A DNA stretch of 64,000 nt from Azolla caroliniana (taxonomy: Eukaryota; Plantae; Polypodiophyta). The notes beneath the pieces were generated by a model. It ran no database searches. It saw only the letters and a list, made by a program, of their open reading frames with translations, and was not told where the DNA came from. A program made the position numbers and the translations under genes. Positions 12,901 through 27,100 of the stretch are shown piece after piece. Every line of letters starts with the position of its first letter. The stretch's first letter is position 1. The stretch lies in assembly GCA_043228905.1 (NCBI GenBank), contig JBHGNT010000022.1, positions 620,001 to 684,000 on the forward strand, read 5' to 3'.

Positions 12901-15684
12901 ACTAGCTAGTGAGTGAGCCGATTTATTTTTGTTAGGTTGGTGGTCCTCGTATTTGGGCATTTTGGCCTTCCCTTTGTCCAATTTCAGGCCTGGCCGCAAC
13001 GTGTTGTGATTGTTTGGAGGCTCTTGAGGTCCATTTAGCCTAGTTGAGATTGGAATCTCCTATGATATAGGCCTCAATCAGTCGTCTTCCTCCGAGTCTA
13101 TGTTGAAATTGGCTACAACGAGTTCGGATGGAGCTGGGTCGATTTTGTACCAAGATACCAGGAGAGAGGATTCTCTCTTGCGAGGAAGGCCGATCTCATT
13201 GTGCCGAAATGGGGTGCCCCTGAGGTCTCATACTGTGGTCCTTATGCATCCCCTTGGATCTTATCTCATTTCCATAAATGGAGAGTAGCGTTGCCTTTTG
13301 TGCATTCATCTTCACTTAGGCTTGTCATTTTCTTTTGCTTTATGTTGGGCCTCCTAGTTTCGTTTGTCAAAAACAAAAGCATCCACAAGTATCAAGTTTG
13401 CATGTACCTATGCTCTTAACACTAGCAACTTCCTGCCCTTCAACCCAATTGGCCCTACAAATTGAGCTAACCCCTAGTATGCCCTTTTATGTTTTTTACT
13501 TCTTAAGGTTTGTGTACTTAACCTATCATTATGATAGAATTACTCGCAATATCTTAGTAAATGGAATGTTAAGTAAGTACATGGATCCGAATGTTTCACA
13601 TCGTGCATCATTGGCGTCATGAAATTGACAACGCCATACCCCAACCTACCCTAATCATGACCCCAATTGACATCAAACTTGAGGTAGAAGAATTTATTTT
13701 TTGTTTTGGGTTTTCATCTTCACAAAAAATTGTACCACTAGAGGAGAAATTTGGTGTGCATGTGAAATAACATATTATTGACACATGAGACTTCTCTCGT
13801 TTAGTCTATAGCCCATGAGCAACAAGTTCATTTGAACCCAAATACAATGTGACTAACTCTCAGAGGATAAACTATCACCATTTCCCTTTCTTGTATTAAC
13901 ATCTTTCAATGTCAACCACATGATATGTTCAAGAATATTCAAGGAACAATGATATCTATGTGTAACATTGAAGTATCTACATGTCAAACTAGATGATTTA
14001 GTTTTCTCATTGCTCATTTACCCTAAACCCTATTTCATATATATGAACTTACCCAGTTAGTAAAAGGTAATTTAATATTCATCTTAAGCAAGTGGATGTA
14101 CTTCATTAGAGTCAACCTCAAAGAGTTTATGTACAATGTACATATGTATTTATATATTTGTACAATGTCACTATACAAATCATGCATGTACGTGCACACA
14201 TACATTTATCTGTCATGAACATGTTGAAGTAATTTACATCAAGCAGTAAATGAAAAGTAACATATAGGTTGCGTCTGGTTTGCTAAGATTTTTGTGCAAT
14301 AGTGGCAAATATTTCAATTCTTTGTTTCACATATGTCTAGGTGGTGATATTGTTTTCTACCTTTGGGTTTTGTAAAATTACAACTTTAAAGTCATACTTT
14401 TAAGAGAAAATCGTTAGTATGCATGATCCCAATGCTACCGTGCTCGTGACCCGAATCCTTAACCTTTGGTTACAATTCACAAGCTTTAAATTTTCTTGTG
14501 AGACTAATGGGTGTATTTGTGACTTATAGGTTCCTTGAATCGAGATTAAGGAACACCCAAGAGAGGATAATTTAAAAGTGGTCAATAATACTTCAATATT
14601 AACAATATTACCTTTGATTTACTTTTCCTCTTTTTTATAAATAGTCTTTCTACTTTAGTTGTTGCAACATAAACAATGTTTCTTTGATTCTAACGGAACT
14701 AAGCATATTTTGAATGATTTTTTCATGTATTGTGCCAAAAGGCACTTGTAGAGTTCTAATTTGATCCATGTATTAAAGTTTCTTACGTGAGCTATAAAAA
14801 TATTGTTTTGACATTGTGTTTGAGCATGGAATGAGTTTGTTTCTAGTTCCACAAAAGAAAAGGCAAGCTAGTTCTCGTGACAAGATACACAATAATAAAG
14901 AAGACCATACGGTCCTCATATAAAGATTCAGTGTGAAAAGACATTTGGTTCTTTAGGTAAGCAATGATTTAATTGTAAAAGTAGATATGTACTATCACAT
15001 TAAAGTGACCTCGATGTACTTGGGTATGGGCACCTTATGTGTTGGGTGAGCAATGAGAGAGAGAGAGAGAGAGAAAGAGAAAGAGAAAGAGAGGCCTCAA
15101 CGCTTGCATTATTCATTGCTTGACACATACATAGCGATAACGTCTTCACATTGCTCGTTGATAGACACGCATGCACATGCGTGCGAGCACACACACTATG
15201 TGTGAGACTTTGATTTTTTGGCAAGTAAACATACATTATGTATCAATAATATTGAATATATTATATACCACCACAAAAATCACAAGACATTTGAGATAGA
15301 GATCATTTAGAAAACAAGTTAAATGAATGTATTTGCACCATTGATTAGATGGCACATGGCATGTGCGAGAGAGCGGGGAGAGGGCATATTGAGCCTCTTT
15401 CCTTGTCAATCACTCCTTCTACACAATCTATCTACAATGCAGAGTACTTAAAAGGCGCTCCACTTCTCAACACTCTATTTACATATATATCTTTAGCCAA
15501 CTTCAAACTAAACTAGCTTCTCCAAATCAGGTAGATACCATGTGTTTGAAATCATGGAAACTCTAGGGGAGCCTCAAGAAATTAGTCATATCCCATCTAA
15601 TTATAATCATACATGAGCTTATCTTGAACCATATTAAGTAAATCTTGCATTGCACTAGGAGAGAACTTTTACACTCACAGACAC

Positions 15685-18605
15685 ATGGCTTCCAATTCAT
15701 CTAGCCCTACTTGCTACCCTATCCGAGAGGCGGTCTCTAATGGCGTCCTCCAGGGTAACAATCCGATCAACTTTGCATTACCCCTCCTTATCATACAAAT
15801 CGCAGTCGTACTGCTTGTCACCCGAATCGTGGCTCTCCTCTTCAAACCCCTCCGACAACCTCGAGTTCTAGCCGAAATCATTGTATGTAAAAATGCACCA
15901 TGCATTCCTCTTAAACTTAACTTTGAATTGGTACTAGGATTAGACATGAATCTCTCATCCAGGACTAGGATTCCGTGGTCATAGTCAAGTTAATCGCAAC
16001 AGTGTTACAAAAACCCTAGCTTTAGTTTTGCATTAAAAGTTTTCAGTACCAATCTCTCACACTTAACTATTCAATGGAGTAGGGACCCATGAAGATGAGA
16101 GCATACATGGTCATTTGATCTCTCATGATGATGATGATGATGGTGGTGGTGGTGACCCTAAACCCTAATTTTGCTTCCTTTTGTTGTTTTTATGCTTCAC
16201 AGGGGGGTGTTCTTCTTGGTCCATCTGGCTTGGGCAGAGACAGCTCCTACCTCAATGCTTTGTTCCCTAAGATTAGCCTCACGCTTCTTGAAACCATAGC
16301 CAACCTAGGCTTGCTCTTCTTCCTATTCATGGTAGGGCTAGAGCTGGATCTACATGAAATCAAGAAGAGTGGCAAAATTGCCCTAATCATAGCCATATCA
16401 GGAATTGCCCTGCCCTTCATAGGAGGCATAGGGGTGGCCACACTCCTCCACCAATCACTATCAGTGGCTGCTAGATTTGGCCCTTTGATTGTGTTCATGG
16501 GCGTACCGCTCTCTATCACAGCATTCCCAGTGTTAGTGAGGATCATGGCGGAGAGAAAGCTTCTGGCGACCGATCTCGCTAAGATGGTCGTGCCAGCCGC
16601 AGCGATCAACGATGTGTGTGCGTGGGTCCTTCTCGCAATAGGGGTCGCGATATCGGGTCCGAGTTCGAGCCCCGCCACACCCATCTATGTGCTCCTATGT
16701 GGAATGGTATTTGTCCTTGTGATGCTTTTTGTTGTGAGAAGATTTGTCGAATGGATGGCTCATCGCGCCGTTTCTGTTGTCGGTCCTCACGAGTCGGTCA
16801 GTGAGATATATGTATGCATAACACTCATGGGTGTGTTGATATCGGGCTTCACAACTGATGCCATTGGTATACACCCTCTCTTTGGTGCTTTCGTCTTCGG
16901 TTTGATCGTCCCAGCTAATGAAGGACGATTTGCACAATTGCTTATCGAGAAGATCGAGGATTTCATCTCCGTGCTCATGTTACCGCTTTTCTTTGCATCC
17001 AGTGGGTTGAAGACAAACCTGGGTAGCATTAACACTCCGAAAGCATTGGGTTTTCTTGTTCTCCTGGTGCTCACTGCTGGTGTAGGGAAAGTTTCGGCAA
17101 CAACTGCAGTGGCATTGTCTTTGAAATTGCCTTTTAGAGAAGCGTTAACAATCGGGTTCCTAATGAACACGAAGGGGCTCGTGGAACTCATTGTTTTGAA
17201 CATTGGAAAAGATCTTGGGGTGAGTAATAGAATAGGATTTCATCGTTGTTAACCCGTATTATGCAACACATGAAGTCCTAAGACATTTCCCCCCATTATA
17301 ATTCTGACATTGTGAGCTTCTTCAGACATATATTCATAATACTGCAATGTGGGCTCTTATCCACATGAGAATATGTCTAAAGCTTCTTGTCTTTTTACAT
17401 CTCTTTCATGCTTGTTTTCCTTAGATTTTAACCCCCTTCTTCTATGATTGTCAATGCAGGTTTTTGATGATCAAACATTTGCTATCTTGGTCCTGATGTG
17501 CTTGATCTTGATGTTCTTCACCACACCTGCAGTGATGGCATTATATAAACCGGCGAGAAAACCTGTTCCATACAAGACACGAAAGCTTGAAGGAATTCAT
17601 AAGAAAGACCAACTTCGCATCCTCGCTTGTGTACATGGTACTACAAGGAACACAACTGCCCTTCTGAACTTAGTAGAGGCATGTAAAGGAACAACAACAT
17701 CAGGCACTAGATTAAAGCCTCAAGTGAAACTCTTTGCCATGCATTTGATTGAATTATCACTAGATAGACCTTCATCGATCCTAAGCTTGAGTAGGTCCGT
17801 TACAGCTGAACAAGATGAAATTGTGGGTGCCATGGCACATGATGATGACAATACTTTGATACCATTCAAGACATACGGTCAAATATCAAAGGTACCAGTG
17901 CGACTTCTTCAGGCAGTTTCAGCCCTATCAGGCATGCATCATGACATATGTGAATCTGCCGTTGAGAAGAGAGCGACAATGATCTTGTTACCATGTAAAT
18001 TCCACTTGAAAGAACATGGCACAGTCGAGCATATCAATCTAGGGCTCAAGGCACTGAATGAGAGAGTGATAGAAAATGCACCTTGCTCAGTGGCTGTTCT
18101 TCTAGACAAGGGGCAGTGGGGATCAGCCCAACTCTCGTCAGAGACCGATATCAAAGTCGGAGTCGTTTTCCGTGGGGGATCTGATGATAGAGAAGCCTTG
18201 GCATTTGGATATAGACTTGCAGGGCATACAAATATCAAGGTGTGGATACTAAGATTCAAACCAAATGAGGCAAGCCATGTCATTAATATCACCAGCGATG
18301 ATTGTGATGAACATGATTTGGATGAGCAAACTCTAAATGATATGAGGGAGAATAATGTCGATAAAACTAATATAATCTATGAGGAATGCTCATATAATAC
18401 ACTCGATTCATATCCAAAGGATGTAGTTGCTTCGACTAAAGTTATTGATTTCTCCTTGATTGTGGTAGGACATGGTCAATATTGTAATTCAGAGAAATCT
18501 GAGTTGGGTCATGTGGGTGAAGCTCTTGCCAAGATTAGTAGCGTTGGCACAAAAGCCTCCATTCTGGTTATCCAACAACATAAGAAAGAGCAGACTAATG
18601 CTTGA
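15685..18605 (+). CDS. CHX: Cation/H+ antiporter, CHX family (CPA2); exons 15685-15882, 16203-17219, 17460-18605
   Basis: SNGVLQGNNPINFALPLLIIQI, KPLRQPRVLAEII|GGVLLGPSGLG, LFFLFMVGLELD, SITAFPVLVRI, INDVCAW, LPLFFASSGLKTN, LMNTKGLVELIVLN, ALYKPAR, NAPCSVAVLLD, GGSDDREALA; both introns are GT-AG and keep the frame. Confidence 0.95.
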
Positions 18606-20560
18606 TTGTTCTCTTACAGTCGCAATGACATCTGTTCTCACTTTGAGAGTGACCTTAATGAGGCTTCTCACAAACAAGAAGTCACTACAGTATTCACAAG
18701 AGAGATATTGATAGCAAAAGGAACCTTCTTGTTTAAATGCAAAACTTTTATTTCATATGCATGTAAAAATCATGCCGTGCAACTTATGAGTTGCGACTGG
18801 CTTTACTAGTACATAACATATTTGTCTAGACACTCTTCCCATGTTGGATATGTGTGTCCACTTTGATAAGTTTTTGATATTTGAGACATTTAAAATAGTC
18901 GGATTTCCAAAGCTTCAATATGGCGCGGCCTATTTCAACCACAACATTCAATTTCTACATCTGCAAGAGTCTAGTCTTATCACACTATGGATAGGAACAC
19001 TCTGAAAACCAGAGAAACAAATAGAAACCCTCATGCAATTGTGGTAGCTTCAGACAGCACCGAAAAACAATCAACCCATCTACGTGCTTCTTGCTTAACA
19101 TGCATTGCATCATTTGGTTATTAGACTGGCTTCTCGCATAATATGCATTTGCATCACTTGCTCGATTCAATTTGTCCTTCGATTAAAACATGCATTGTGT
19201 CATTTGTTTCTAATACTTCTTACAAAATAGGTATTGTGCAATGACTAGGAAAAGGCTCTGAGTAAGAATGAAATAGAAACACTCTTGAGTAATGGCGGTG
19301 GCTTCAGACAGCACTAAAAACCATCACCAATCCCTGTGCTTTTAGCATAATATGCATTTGCATCATTTGCTTGATTCATACTCACTATCCATCTTATCAG
19401 ACGTACATTTCCAAAATTATAACACCTCACAATCGCCAAGAAATAGTGCTCTACATCTGCATATATTCTGTCATTTGATTCAAAATTCTTTGCCTATATG
19501 CTTTCCCTACGCTTTATCATCCATGGGGAGGCATGGGATGTAACAAGCCCTTGCCAAATATCAGGTAGCCATATATCAACTTCAGTTGACAATTGATCAG
19601 ATGGATGATGCTTATATGCATTCCCATACATGTATTGCATTATAGAAAGGAGAACGAGAAACAAGTTTGCCCACTATCCAAACACATTGTTATAATAATC
19701 AAATATCTCCAATGGAATTACAAAGTATAGGAAAACAGTAAAAAAGTGGTATGATTTTAGCTACAGCAAGCAAATCCATCTCCAAGGAAATATCAATTCA
19801 TTGAGAAGCTGTAGCATAACGATGATTTATATGAAGAGTATTGATTCTGATCATGAATAGATACCCTGAACTCATCCATTATTAAGTAAAATAGAGTTGA
19901 AGCTCAGGAACAACTGCTGCATGATACCCTGAAACTCAGGTTTTCCTTTCTCATCACAATAAACGTTGACCATATCAATGCAGAATTCGTTCGGTTCACT
20001 ATCATGAACCATAACGAACAAATGGGCGCACTAGATGCTCAGCATATAAAAAAGATGATAGAATTTCAATGGAAAATGGGAATTCACAGTAATGGAAAGC
20101 AGTTGGCTTCATCATATCAGAAAAGATAGCATGAGAGACTAATCTTGAATCTGAATGGATAGAACCATTCAAGAATGGATACAACCCTGCACTGTCATTG
20201 ACCTGACTGTGAGCCAAAGAGCTGAAAATGCCATCAGAAAACTGTAAGATTGTTGACACAAGTGAAACCCCCAAGGTCTTGACATTACTGAAAATCGAAG
20301 GCCTTCACACTGTACAGAAACCTTACTGTTTCCACAATACAGAAACCTTATGCTTCCACAGAATCAAAACCCTAATGCTTCAACTGTACCCAAAACAAAA
20401 ACCTGATGCTTTGACAGTACTGAAACCATGATGCTTTGACAGAATTGAAACCCTAACGCTTTTAGGATTACGGAAGGTTCATGAAAACACTGAAAACCTA
20501 ATGTCCTGATAGGGTTTCTGATAAACCAAAACGTTTGTGATAGCACTGGAACCCTATTTT

Positions 20561-21439
20561 TTACCAGTAGAAGTTGAGGAAAGCGTGATTATCGATGAGA
20601 AGTAAAACGCATTTCAAACCGTATCTGGAAGATTGACCCTGCGAAGGGGATCTTTGTTTCTGCTTCGCAGCAGATGGGGCTGGGAAGCCATTAACCAGGC
20701 AGGCAGACAATCCATCACTGTGTCTAACAATGCTCAGTTGAACGTGGAGACCTTGAAAAGTTCGAGATATGTTCAGATCACCATATCCAAAAGAAGACGA
20801 TGAACTATCAGAAGAAGAATGTTGACCAGAAGTAGAGGCAGAAGAGTCAAGGAGATTCTGATTAGGACGAGGTGAAATCAGACCATCAGACCCAGAAACA
20901 GCAGAAGAAGAAGAAGAAGAAGAAGAAGAAAGAGAAGTTACAGTAGGAATTGCATGAAGATCTTGAGAAGGGCGACGCAAATTAAGATCTCCATAGCCAG
21001 ATGATGATGATGATGATTTAATATCACAGAAAAGGTTTGGAGGAAGCTTGAAACGCAGACGTTCTTTCACCACAGCAGATCCAGCAATTGCGGTGGAGAA
21101 AATAGGACGATCTAAAAGGAAAACATCGATGAGAATAGTGGAGTCCTCCACAAAGAAGAGCCACCGATCTGCTTCAGGGTCAACTACTTTCTTCGATTCT
21201 CTCTGAGTGAAGAAATGATGGAAGTTCCGTATAAGAAAGAGGCAAGGTCGAGCAGAAGGATGGGAGAGAGACGGCCATCTCTGTAAGCAGAAATGGCGCC
21301 ACAGAGAAGGATCGGCGGATGCTGTATGCCAAAGTTTACATGTCAATCCAGCGCTTACCACATCATGGGGGGTAAGATGAAGGAAGATCTTTACTAGAAT
21401 GTCAAAGCATTCTAGGGTTTGCAGGATTGCCATCGCCAT
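20561..21439 (-). CDS. F-box protein, first and main exon; further small exons towards about 19760 are possible but unresolved
   Basis: DILVKIFLHLTPHDVVSAGLTCKLWHTASADPSLWRHFCLQRWP is an F-box motif; ATG follows a (GA)n tract; the ORF end coincides with a possible donor TG|GTAAAA. Confidence 0.8.
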   Translation of the reverse strand: MAMAILQTLECFDILVKIFLHLTPHDVVSAGLTCKLWHTASADPSLWRHFCLQRWPSLSHPSARPCLFLIRNFHHFFTQRESKKVVDPEADRWLFFVEDSTILIDVFLLDRPIFSTAIAGSAVVKERLRFKLPPNLFCDIKSSSSSSGYGDLNLRRPSQDLHAIPTVTSLSSSSSSSSSAVSGSDGLISPRPNQNLLDSSASTSGQHSSSDSSSSSFGYGDLNISRTFQGLHVQLSIVRHSDGLSACLVNGFPAPSAAKQKQRSPSQGQSSRYGLKCVLLLIDNHAFLNFYW

Positions 21440-21445
21440 GGAAAT

Positions 21446-21483
<38 letters not shown>

Positions 21484-21641
21484 GTGTTTTTTCTTCCTCT
21501 CTCTCTCTCTCTCTCTTAATATATCTTTCTTTCTTTCTCTCTGTCACTGAATTTAGGGTTTGAAGGATCACGATAGCGATGAAAGAGATTCTGTCGCTTC
21601 CTCTGTAAGTTTCTATTCCTGTTCTTCACTATCTTTTGAGA

Positions 21642-21693
<52 letters not shown>

Positions 21694-21959
21694 CCTCTCT
21701 TAATCTCTTCCTGAGTAAAGGGCCACAGCCATAACCAGGAGGGCTCGGTCTACAACCTTTTCTTTCTCTCTACCGCGCCCGCTCTCGATCTTGATACTGG
21801 AATGTAAGGTCTGCACCGATCGATCGCCATAGCCACAAAGACTTGAGTTCAACAAGGCTTCTGCAGTATTCCCTCTTCCTTCGTTTTCGCGGCGTGCCTG
21901 TGGTCGTCTCTGTGGGGGGGCGAGGGATTTAGGGTTTCTGGGTCAGGATCAGAATCAGA

Positions 21960-22250
21960 ATCAAAATCAGAAAGAAGAAGAAGAAGAAGAAGACGGAGAC
22001 GGAGAAGGAGAAGGAGAAGGAGAAGGATCAGAGAGGGGGCATAAATGTAAATAATCAAAACTAGAAGAAGAAGAAGAAGAAGAAGAAGAAGAGGATTAGA
22101 GGGGGGCATAAATGTAAATAACCAAAACTAGAAGAAAGACAAAGGAAGAAGAAGAAGAAGAGGCTTAGAGGGGGGGGCATAAATGTAAATAAAATAACCA
22201 AAACTAGAAGAAGAAGAAGAAGAAGAAGAAGAAGAAGAAGAAGAAGAAAG
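21960..22250. repeat. Three-copy compound repeat GGGGGCATAAATGTAAATAA..AAAACTA(GAA)n
   Basis: Unit seen at about 22035, 22102 and 22173, separated by (GAA)n tracts. Confidence 0.8.
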
Positions 22251-24146
22251 ATTAGGAAATGAATGAGCCCCGAAAACGCGTCAGTGCAGGCGGATCCGCC
22301 CCAATGGGCCCAATGGATGGCTGAAACCGAAACGTGTACACACACACACACAGGTCTGTCCCCGCCCAATGGACCCTGAGCACGAGTCCCATCCAAATGG
22401 ACCTCGAGCACAAGCACGAGCACCTGGCACACATTGCAATGGTGTCTAAGGCCACCCACACCCCCTAGCTATTTTGGTCTGGTCCACCTCACTTTTAGAC
22501 TCTGGTAGGGGCAATACATACCCAAAAGAAACATTTGCCATGTGTTCTTCTTCTTTTTCACCTAGGGTCCCAAGCAATCATCCTGCTGTTGACACGCATG
22601 TTGTCCTCGATAATTGTTTTAAACGCTTTTTTATTGTTCAACAAGCAGAGGTCCTCCCACACCTGTCTCCATAATGCTTTTTCATTGACCAACCAGATGG
22701 ACACCACATACGTCTTGTTCACACATGTCTCCATAATGCCTTTTTTCTTCCTTTCTTTTAATCTCGGGTCCCAAAGGGCTTTGTTGCTTACTATCACGCA
22801 TCTTTGTAACACTTTATATCTCGGGTCCCATAAGTCATGTTATTACATGTGGCCTCCTACCACGAATAATATGTCATCATTCTCTCGCGTCATGGTGGAA
22901 ACTTGGAACCCCACGTTTCTATTAACCTAGTCACATGGGTTTTGTACACTTGGGTTCAAATCTTATGTCCCTTGTGGATATTTGAATACTGTACCTCCTT
23001 TGTTTAGCTTACATGTCCAATTCCATGCACCTTGTATGACCGAGACCATCTTCTCTCTCTCTCTACCAAAGACATTTGTCAACCGATACAATTAACCTAA
23101 AATCCCCATAATTTTGTTACAAGCAAAATTCCAACCACCTCTAGCCAATATCAATATTTCTTTCTTCCTCTCTCCAACTTGAAGCTTACTATTAGGCCTA
23201 CATGGGGAAATGTCAAGTGTAGATTCTTCAAGCTCTAACACAAAGAAGAGGCAAAGCTAATGGACAAGTAAACAAACAAAAAAATTCCATAAGCACCCTA
23301 ATTCCTTTTGAGCACATAAGTTGTTTGATTGAATATGCTATATACACACCAATGCTAAATTCATTGCATGTCGCATGACACATAAAAGCATAATTCACAA
23401 AGGTTTTAGTTCCACGTTTAGGGTTTATCAAGACTACAATGTCCTTTACGAATCATCTCCAAGTCCCATGTTGATATCATCTCTTCTCTTTCAAGAATGC
23501 ACACATAAAATAGAGAATGTGGGTTGCTTTTCATCCAAACATTATTAGTTGTGCTTGTAAATGTGTCATAGCACTTCGTAAGTAATAGAGGTATCGAGTT
23601 CCTTGCAATAGTGTTAAGAGCACAAAAGTGTAGTTACTCACTATCAAAACTAACAGTTACTCTATTTTATTTCTTTGATAACTGTTTTTGTAGCACTGAA
23701 GCAAATACTTGAGAGTGGCTTTACTAGATATGCATCATCATATCATTGAATTCCGCTTCTTACTAAGGAATAAGAACACCACACAAGAATGAGAAGGCTT
23801 TATTTCCGAAAATGTCAATATATGCACAAGAACAGAAGAGTTCTCCGTTCATACAACAAATTTCTACCTCAACCCAAAATTGAAGCAAAGTCTTGCACCA
23901 TCTGAGGCAATTCTTACCCCCCAATAAGTGGAATATACATGGGAAAAATCGAACCAACCAACCGTTGTAAGCTGACATACATAATCTAGAATAGTTTAAA
24001 ACCCTGGGATCACTCAATCATACCTCCAGCTGATATGATCGCATGTGTTCCTGAATCAAAATCTTGTGTTCCCAGGCCATTCTGACATCGAGAATGATAT
24101 ATATAAACGGGAAACCACAAAGCAACAAAGCTTGTTTTTGCTCACC

Positions 24147-27100
24147 TCAGCCTTGATGATGAGGTATGTTGTCTAGTATTCTTCGTCTTAAACCCCGTGA
24201 TAACTCTATCGTGTCTGCTGATACTATGGCATGTTTTCCTTGCAATTGTAGTGCCTCAGATAGGGTGCCCCTGCTTATCAGCCTATTGACCACAGTTATG
24301 CTGAATCTTGTCACGGTTTTGTTAGTTGTTAGGGTTGCCAATGTAGTTGCAGATACAGCTGGGTTAGACGCTAGCCGGCAAATCAGGGTTAAAGCCTCAT
24401 GCATGATGCATGCCCTGAAACAAGGTAAAAAACATGGGAAAAAGCTAGTGAAGATTATTCCTCAATAAGACCAGTTGCCCTCTATTTACAGCTACTGTGG
24501 TTCAATACTCAAAAAGTAGAATCAAAGCATCACAGTTGAGATACTCCGGTGCAATGTTCAGGAATTTTCATTTATTACTCAAAACAACTCCATATTTTGT
24601 GTGGTTGATACGGAATTGTAAGAAAATACAACAAATGTTTTAGGATGAATTTCTATCCATTTTTGTTACCTTTATAAAAATTTCCGAAAGGCAACTTCAA
24701 ATATTCCACTGATTCCACTGCTGTTATACTTACTACTCCAGTATAATGGTGTAATTATAATTATTAACTGTTGAAGTAAGAGGAATACGAGCTGTGTTTA
24801 CCTGATATATATACTAAGAACCTTTAGTGAGGAAAACTATTTCCTTCCTAGTGAAAGAGAGTACAAACAGCCCCTACGAGTCTTGAAAGTTCACAAACCC
24901 AAATTGATCTATAGAACACCTAACCACAGCTATAATACAGTTGGGCCATCAAACAATAAGGACATCTCTGCTTAGATTACCTACTATATCACAGTAATTA
25001 TCTCGGCTTTCAAATATTCAGAAAAGAACATACAGTATTTAAAGATCTGATTTACTCATCGACATGCTCTTTATGTTTAAATGATGAAAATATAAATGAC
25101 AGACCTAGCAAAACCTCTTTGCACGTAGCGAATATCAGCTCATCTTGAATATTTTCCTCACAAAATCATGGGCTGGTCAAAGCACACAAGTAGCGTAATA
25201 GAATATCAGATGGTTACCTGTTAACATCTGATAATTCTGAAAAGGAAACTCCCTAGATGATGGATCACTAATACAGTCTATAACGACGACAGAACATGAC
25301 CTACATAAGAGTAAGAATCACTAATATTAATGCTCTCATATTCTGTAAAATCAGGATGTTGCGAGCATAAAATGGCAATGGACTAACACAATGACATCTT
25401 GCTCTAAACGTACAATATAAAGTGTGTTTGTCGATGAATGGTGTGGATTGATACCACTAGGTTATGCGCATTAGAACACAGGGATTTTCTATAACATCAA
25501 GTTACTCAGTTCATTCATCAGTACAAACAGTGTCTCCATACGAAAGAATGGAAGAAACTTCTCACTATAGTAACATACCTTTCTTCTATTTCTGGTACCT
25601 TGACAGAAGAGCATCTTTCTTCCTCTTCTGCTTTGAGCTGTTCATCAAGAAGAGACATTAACTGTATAGGCAAGCTACAAGGTACGACAGAAGAAGAGCT
25701 TTTCTTTGAAGTATTGTTTTCTTTCGATTGATCTACTACAAAATCTACATTCTTTGAAAATAGAAATAGGGCTCCCTGTTTTCCTGAGGTGGCAATGAAG
25801 GTAAGAACTCGGAGAACATTGCGTTGAAGAGAATATGCCTGTATATATTCAAAGACAGTAAAGTGCAAAGCGATAAAATCAACTGTATCCCGTTATTACA
25901 ATCCCCAAGGCATCATAATCGTTTTACCTGTAAAGTGTTGCCAGCGTGTATCAAACAGGAAATTAATCCTTCCAATAGCTCTATACCGCAATTCTCTATA
26001 TTGGGAACAGTATCTACTGCCTCAGGTTGATCCTCTAGTTTCCTTTTTCCACTTGCTATCTCTGAACATCCTGTGCTACTTTCCTGCTCTATTAAATTAA
26101 CCTCTATATTTGAAGATTTTTTTAGCTCTTTTTCTTTTATTTCATGTGATTCCTGTTCTCCTGAAGTGCACAACTTTCTCAGAATAAAAGGACCTAAAAA
26201 TCCAATTTGCAGAGGGTATCTTGAGTTTGCAAGTGCACACAAATACATGTATAAAAAAATGGGTTATTGATCTTCCAATGAAACCATGCAGTACATAAGA
26301 TGGATTATACTCTTAACATGAAACCATTTTTCAAATTTTCAAGGACTTACAGTGTAATAGTGTATGCACAATCCGAACAGCTTGTGATTGGACTTCTAGG
26401 GCTGCAGATTTCTTCAAAAAATGTGATATGGTTCCATCAAATAATATGAACCCAAAACTGCACGTGGTATCAAGTAGAAACATGTGTCAAGGCGATAAAA
26501 GAGATATTGAATCATTATTTGAATCCAACAGAAGCACGCCCTTCCTAAATACATACAATAAACTCAATTGCATTGCAAAGCAAGAAAACTAGGTTTCAAG
26601 AGAACACCTCCTCAAGGCTTCCTGAACTAACAGAAAAATGCCTCAATGTGCACCACATTAACCAATAAATAATGATATTTGGCGCACTGAACACTAGTCA
26701 TCACAGTATGTAGCACAAATTTACCTTTCTCTTAGTTTGAGTGGCTCTGTGTTCATCAATAGTAGAGCCAAAATTGACATTGCAGTTATTCTAGCTGGCT
26801 CACTGCAGCAATTATTTGCATTATGAAGAATCCGCTTGAAAATTGTCATAATCAATACATTGTGACTCCTTTTTTGGAGAGCAATTTTCCTCTCTATTTC
26901 TTCTTGACAGTTGTCAACAGAATCTTCATTCTTATTCAGTTGGGTTTCAGCAGGAACGCAATAAATTCTAGGTGAGCAGTGTGCTTTAACTTCACGTACA
27001 GGATAATCAGTACACCCAAAATTCCTATGAGTGAAACTGTTCTCTGGAAAGTTTGAAGCTCCATCTTGCCATGGTGTCCTAGTATGCAGAAAGCTAGGGT

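Noticed and set aside
16247-17203. Antisense ORFs over CHX, and similar long antisense ORFs over gag-pol
   Set aside because: Shadow ORFs of real coding frames with no independent motifs.
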